Source: Planctomycetota bacterium
Lineage (GTDB): Bacteria; Planctomycetota; SZUA-567; H5-PLA8
Direction: 5' to 3'
DNA length: 21,261 nucleotides
Assembly: GCA_045863855.1 (NCBI GenBank)
Contig: BTVV01000107.1
Location: 1 to 21,261, forward strand
Below are positions 17,333 through 21,261 of the stretch, in pieces; the stretch's first letter is position 1; every line of letters starts with the position of its first letter. A program made the position numbers and the translations under genes. The notes under the pieces are model-generated. The model was not told the DNA's origin and did not search any database. It worked only from the letters and a program-made list of their open reading frames with translations.

Positions 17333-17911
17333 TTACATCTGCTGCGTAATCCAGTGGGCCAGATACGCCAACCCCACTGCGGTGCTGAAGAGGACGAGCG
17401 CGCGACCGTATTCATCCCACCAAGTATACGTGGGCAGATTCAGTCGGCTTTGGCTGATGCGCGGGGCTTCCGGTTTCGGAGGAGCGGGTTCCGGCTTTTC
17501 GGTCATCCGCAGCAACGTCAGCGGGACGGCGACCCGTACCGTGGAGTTCGGGGCTCGATTGGTGATCGCGCCAATGCCGGCTTTGGGATCGTAACGAGCT
17601 TGGCTTCGCTGCGCTTCCTGCCGTTTCACCTCTTCGCGCTCGGCTTGGCGTTGTGAATAAATCCGCGATGGCGCCGAGCGATGGGGATGGGCCACGGCTG
17701 CTTGATCCGCATCATCCGACTCGCGTAACGCCTCAGCCTGAAAGCCGCGGTTAAAGCAAATCTCGCAGACCGGTCGGCCCAGCGGATCCGGGAACCAAGC
17801 GGTATCCAGTAGGAACATGCCGCAACTCACGCATTGCGCGTCTTGATCCACGGTGCGCCGCGAACCTTTTGGCGCTGGAGGCTTTGGGATGCGCAGCAGT
17901 TCGGTGTCCAT
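17333..17911 (-). CDS. Hypothetical C4 zinc-finger protein with C-terminal membrane anchor
   Basis: CVSC...CEIC pair, a charged and Pro-rich linker, and a terminal hydrophobic helix (ALVLFSTAVGLAYLAHWI). GGAG upstream of ATG 17911; GTG 17953 is the alternative. Confidence 0.65.
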   Translation of the reverse strand: MDTELLRIPKPPAPKGSRRTVDQDAQCVSCGMFLLDTAWFPDPLGRPVCEICFNRGFQAEALRESDDADQAAVAHPHRSAPSRIYSQRQAEREEVKRQEAQRSQARYDPKAGIGAITNRAPNSTVRVAVPLTLLRMTEKPEPAPPKPEAPRISQSRLNLPTYTWWDEYGRALVLFSTAVGLAYLAHWITQQM

Positions 17912-18094
17912 GGCTTGAACGCTCCACAAGGCCAGCCTGTGAGAATTTCCCACATGCGTTGCACCAATAAACGGTCTGCATTACCGCCCGTTCGGCCATT
18001 CGAATTAGGGCAAGCGATATGCCAATAGAAGTGCCGCCGGAAGTAATCCAGCGGCGTCTGGTGAGCACAGAGTGATAGGAGGAAGTACGACCGC

Positions 18095-19177
18095 TTACAC
18101 GTGCGGCGTGCGGGGCACCCACGTGCCGGCTGTCACGATATCCCGCACGCGCGGACCCTCGATGAAGTCGTGGGGAAAGCCGCGTTCTATCGCCGTCGCC
18201 TCGTCGAGCCGCTGCAGGTGCTCCAGGGAAAGGGTAAACGCGAGGCAGCCTAAGTTATCTTCGAGTTGCTCAACCTTGCGAGCTCCCAGAATCGGACTAA
18301 CCACATTGGGTTTGGCGAGAAGCCAGTTCAGTGCGATCTGCGCGGGGCTGCGGCCGGTTTCTTTCGCGATGAGCTGAACGGCTTCGGCGGCGGCGATCTT
18401 CTTCTCGGTCAAGCCCATTGGACGATTGTCGCCCTTCAACTGCTTTGGATCGAAGCCCGCTTGCTGTTGCGCGGCCAGATCGGCGCGGCTGTATTTTCCG
18501 GTGAGCACTCCGCCGCCCAGAGGTGACCACGGCAGCACCCCAAGGCCCAACGCTTCGGCCATCGGCGTCAGCTCGCGTTCGACGGTTCGTTCGATGAGGC
18601 TGTACTCGATCTGCAGCGCGACGAAGCGTGTCCAGCCGCGGAGTTCGGCCATAGTTTGAGAGCGAGCGATCAGCCACGCCGGCACGTCGCTGACCCCGAG
18701 GTAAAGAATCTTGCCCGATCGCACCAGATCATCGAGCGCTCGCATCACCTCCTCGACGGGCGTCGTGTAATCCCAGCAGTGCACCCAGTACAGATCGATG
18801 TAATCCGTCTTGAGCCGCTTCAAGCTTGCCTCCAGCGACTGAACCATGCTCTTACGGTGGTTTCCGCCGCTGTTGGGATCGCCGCGGCGCATTCCCAGCG
18901 TGTACTTGGTGGCGACGACAAAGCGTTCACGCTCGGTGCCCAGAAAGTCGGCGAGAAATGTCTCGCTGGTGCCTTGGGTGTAAAAGTTGGCCGTATCTAT
19001 GAAGTTGCCGCCTCGCCGCGCGTAGGCGTCGAAGATCCGCTTGCTCGTTTCCCGATCCGCTCCCCAGCCCCATTCGGTGCCGAACGTCATGGTGCCCAAG
19101 CAAAGCGGCGAGATGCGCAATCCACTGCGACCAAGCAAGCGGTAGTCGTCGAGCTTTAGAGTGCCGTGAAGAGGCAT
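18095..19177 (-). CDS. Aldo/keto reductase (aryl-alcohol dehydrogenase-like)
   Basis: LGRSGLRISPLCLGTMTFG, FIDTANFY, VATK, DYIDLYWVH, WSPLGGGVLTGKY, ILGARKVEQLEDNL. AAAGGAG RBS before ATG 19177. Confidence 0.96.
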   Translation of the reverse strand: MPLHGTLKLDDYRLLGRSGLRISPLCLGTMTFGTEWGWGADRETSKRIFDAYARRGGNFIDTANFYTQGTSETFLADFLGTERERFVVATKYTLGMRRGDPNSGGNHRKSMVQSLEASLKRLKTDYIDLYWVHCWDYTTPVEEVMRALDDLVRSGKILYLGVSDVPAWLIARSQTMAELRGWTRFVALQIEYSLIERTVERELTPMAEALGLGVLPWSPLGGGVLTGKYSRADLAAQQQAGFDPKQLKGDNRPMGLTEKKIAAAEAVQLIAKETGRSPAQIALNWLLAKPNVVSPILGARKVEQLEDNLGCLAFTLSLEHLQRLDEATAIERGFPHDFIEGPRVRDIVTAGTWVPRTPHV

Positions 19178-19297
19178 GTCGGGCTCCTTTGCATACAGGA
19201 AAAGCGATGCCCTCTTAGGTAACACCGGCTTCCCTACAATCAAGCCGGTCGGCTTCTTCGGTTGACTTCGAGCACGCATAGTGGACGGTAGTGCGCC

Positions 19298-19963
19298 ATG
19301 CGGCAAGAAGCGATCATCTGGGCGCCGAAGAGAGCGCCGTTGCTGGAAATGGAAGCCGTCCTGCGCGAAGCCGTGCCGGGCGCTTGGTCGCGCACCAGCG
19401 CGGTGATCACACCGCTGTTCCACGCTTCGCCCAAATACCGCACCGCGGAGGCCGTCCCGGCGCGCCTACGGCTCGTCACTCTCGAGAACGGCGACTACCA
19501 GCTTATCCACAACCCGCGCGATCCGAATCTCGACGAACTATTCCTTGAGTGGCCGATGATAATGTTGTACCACCGCATCGACGAATTTTCCCCGGCGCTT
19601 GCCGATGCGGAGCGCGTTTCGGTACTGGAATGCCACGATCTGGACACCAACTGGGAGAAAGCCGGCTGGACAACCGGCACGGCAATCGAACAGTTCGCCT
19701 CGCGTAAAAATCGCCACAAACTGATGCTGGGCTTGCCGCCTTGGGGCTGGACCGACCGGGTCGCGTTACAGGCCGGCCTTGAAGCGAGCGCCGTGGCGCT
19801 CGCCAAAGTCTGCGGCGGAACCTGGGAGTTTTCCGAGCGTTCCGACGGCGCCGAGAAGACGGTGGAAGCGTTCTTTTCGAAGCAGAACCAACCCATCGAC
19901 GACGATATGAGCCGGCACGGAGAAGTGCTTCTGGACGACGACACGATCTTTAAGGGCTTCTGA
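19298..19963 (+). CDS. Hypothetical protein (221 aa)
   Basis: Long ORF with GC3-rich codon usage filling the intergenic space. Globular composition with an acidic C-terminal tail. No family recognised. Confidence 0.75.
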   Translation: MRQEAIIWAPKRAPLLEMEAVLREAVPGAWSRTSAVITPLFHASPKYRTAEAVPARLRLVTLENGDYQLIHNPRDPNLDELFLEWPMIMLYHRIDEFSPALADAERVSVLECHDLDTNWEKAGWTTGTAIEQFASRKNRHKLMLGLPPWGWTDRVALQAGLEASAVALAKVCGGTWEFSERSDGAEKTVEAFFSKQNQPIDDDMSRHGEVLLDDDTIFKGF

Positions 19964-19975
19964 CCCGCCGGCTCA

Positions 19976-20395
19976 TCATCCGCCTTTCAAGAAACGAATC
20001 AGCACATACAGCAAAGCCGCCACCAGCACAGCACCGCCAATGACGGCGACCGGGTTGAGTGCCTTGCGGTGCTCCGGATCGGCCTGATCGCGCGCGCTCT
20101 GGGCCGCGGCATCGGTGAACTGCTTCGAGGGCACCATCTGCGATTCGCGGATGTACTGGTCCATGGTGCGCTTCTTGAAGGCATCGGACCCCGAGACACC
20201 GTCCCAGTTCTGAATCACGTTTTTGAGGCCCATTAAAATGCTGGATTCGCCGGCGCACTTTTCGCAAGTGGCAAGGTGCTTTTCGACGGACGCGCGGCCG
20301 CCTTCGTCGAGTTCTTTATCGACGTAATCGCTCAGCAGATCGCGGCACTCTTCGCAACTGATCTCGCGCGCCCCCGCGCTCGTTTCGGTACTCAT
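19976..20395 (-). CDS. Zinc-binding anti-sigma factor (zf-HC2/ZAS) with C-terminal TM helix
   Basis: CEECRDLLSDYVDKEL...HLATCEKC (HxxxCxxC), TM VAVIGGAVLVAALLYVLI. Downstream of an ECF sigma gene. GAGGAG RBS. Confidence 0.92.
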   Translation of the reverse strand: MSTETSAGAREISCEECRDLLSDYVDKELDEGGRASVEKHLATCEKCAGESSILMGLKNVIQNWDGVSGSDAFKKRTMDQYIRESQMVPSKQFTDAAAQSARDQADPEHRKALNPVAVIGGAVLVAALLYVLIRFLKGG

Positions 20396-20511
20396 CGGAG
20401 ATCCGGCTCCTCATGGCCCACCGCGGCTCCCCCGCCCCGGCAAGCGCCCCGAAAGTTCTTCTTCAACCCGTCACGCGGCCCTCAGGTCACGCGGACGTGG
20501 GTACGAACCGA

Positions 20512-21117
20512 TCAGCGCATGTCCTCTTGCAGAATCCGCAGGCTATGACGCAGCGTCTCGCGGGCGCGTTTCACTCGCATTTTGATCGCGCTGACAGTAA
20601 CACCCAGCACTTCGGCGATGTCCTGATAGGGCATATGGTGGAACTCCACCATGATAAGCGTCGTGCGCTGGTCTTCCGGAAGCGTATCGATTGCGCGGCG
20701 AATCAGGACCTGGGCTTCGTGTTTCTCGGCTTCGTTGACCGGACCGGTTCCGCCAAAAGCCATGCGGTCGATGATCTTGGTGCCTTCGGGGTCGTGGTTC
20801 GACGTGTCGTCGAGGCTCACGTGCGGGCGCAGCTTGTTCTTTTTGAGTTCGTTGATGCACAAGTTCGCAGCAATCTTGTACAGCCAGGTCGTAAACTTAG
20901 CGACGGGTTCATAGCGCGCGGCATTTCGGTAAACGCGCAGGAACGCTTCCTGGGCCAGTTCCTCGGCGGTCTCGCGATCCCGGGTAAACCCGTAGCAGAA
21001 CGTGACAAGCGCGTGCTGATATCGGCGCATAAGTTCTTCAAAGGCGCGGTGATTGCCCGCGGCCAAGTCGCGCATCAGCGTCGCATCGTCCGCCTGCAGG
21101 ACATCGTCGTCGGCCAT
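20512..21117 (-). CDS. ECF sigma-70 family sigma factor (RpoE/SigW-like)
   Basis: AFEELMRRYQ, AEELAQEAFLRVY, KFTTWLYKIAANLCIN, LPEDQRTTLIM...YQDIAEVLGVTVSAIKMRVKRARETLR. Confidence 0.96.
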   Translation of the reverse strand: MADDDVLQADDATLMRDLAAGNHRAFEELMRRYQHALVTFCYGFTRDRETAEELAQEAFLRVYRNAARYEPVAKFTTWLYKIAANLCINELKKNKLRPHVSLDDTSNHDPEGTKIIDRMAFGGTGPVNEAEKHEAQVLIRRAIDTLPEDQRTTLIMVEFHHMPYQDIAEVLGVTVSAIKMRVKRARETLRHSLRILQEDMR

Positions 21118-21261
21118 TCCGGCCCCCGAAAAGGTGTAAGGGGAGTATACCGGAGAAGTCCCCGCCGAGTCACCGCGAAAGGCCCGCCCTTGTCTGTTTG
21201 TTAGACCACAGTAGGTGCATGCGATTTGCTGCCTATTCTTTATGGATCCCGAGGCCCCCGG

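Noticed and set aside
17751..18000. Alternative-frame CNAC motif (MQTVYWCNACGK) suggesting a frameshifted longer Zn-finger gene
   Set aside because: It is a single CxxC with no partner and no evident slippery site, and the downstream ORF has its own RBS and ATG. Chance is likely, though raw reads could be checked.
19178..19423. Extension of the aldo/keto reductase to 442 aa
   Set aside because: It overlaps the divergent gene at 19298, and a strong RBS precedes ATG 19177.
302..21204. Numerous long overlapping ORFs (e.g. 302-1132, 4754-5737, 8720-9544, 11822-12727, 16660-17415, 20413-21204)
   Set aside because: They are shadow ORFs expected in high-GC DNA, overlap well-supported genes, and show no recognisable motifs.

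Overview
A gene-dense, GC-rich bacterial window with about 17 complete genes plus one partial gene. The content (many ECF sigma factors, a sulfatase, GH127, a MoxR locus, a Zn-finger membrane protein) fits a Planctomycetota/PVC-like organism, which is inference only. Left to right: the 5' end of a secreted protein; a minus-strand cell-surface-signalling-like trio (ECF sigma, FecR-family anti-sigma, and a secreted 737-aa protein); a divergent DUF58 / TgpA-like transglutaminase / MoxR operon; a GT-C glycosyltransferase; GH127 with a divergent AraC regulator; a sulfatase, two SDR-type enzymes, an aldo/keto reductase and three hypothetical proteins; and a second ECF sigma with a zinc anti-sigma. 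The main observation concerns the third gene of the fecI-fecR-like locus. It keeps the N-terminal STN-like signalling domain of a TonB-dependent transducer, but has no beta-barrel. Instead it carries a transglutaminase/papain-like Cys-His-Asp domain, suggesting a barrel-less, enzyme-coupled variant of FecIRA signalling. No rRNA, tRNA, CRISPR array or mobile element was seen. All family calls come from motif recognition by eye, not database searches.
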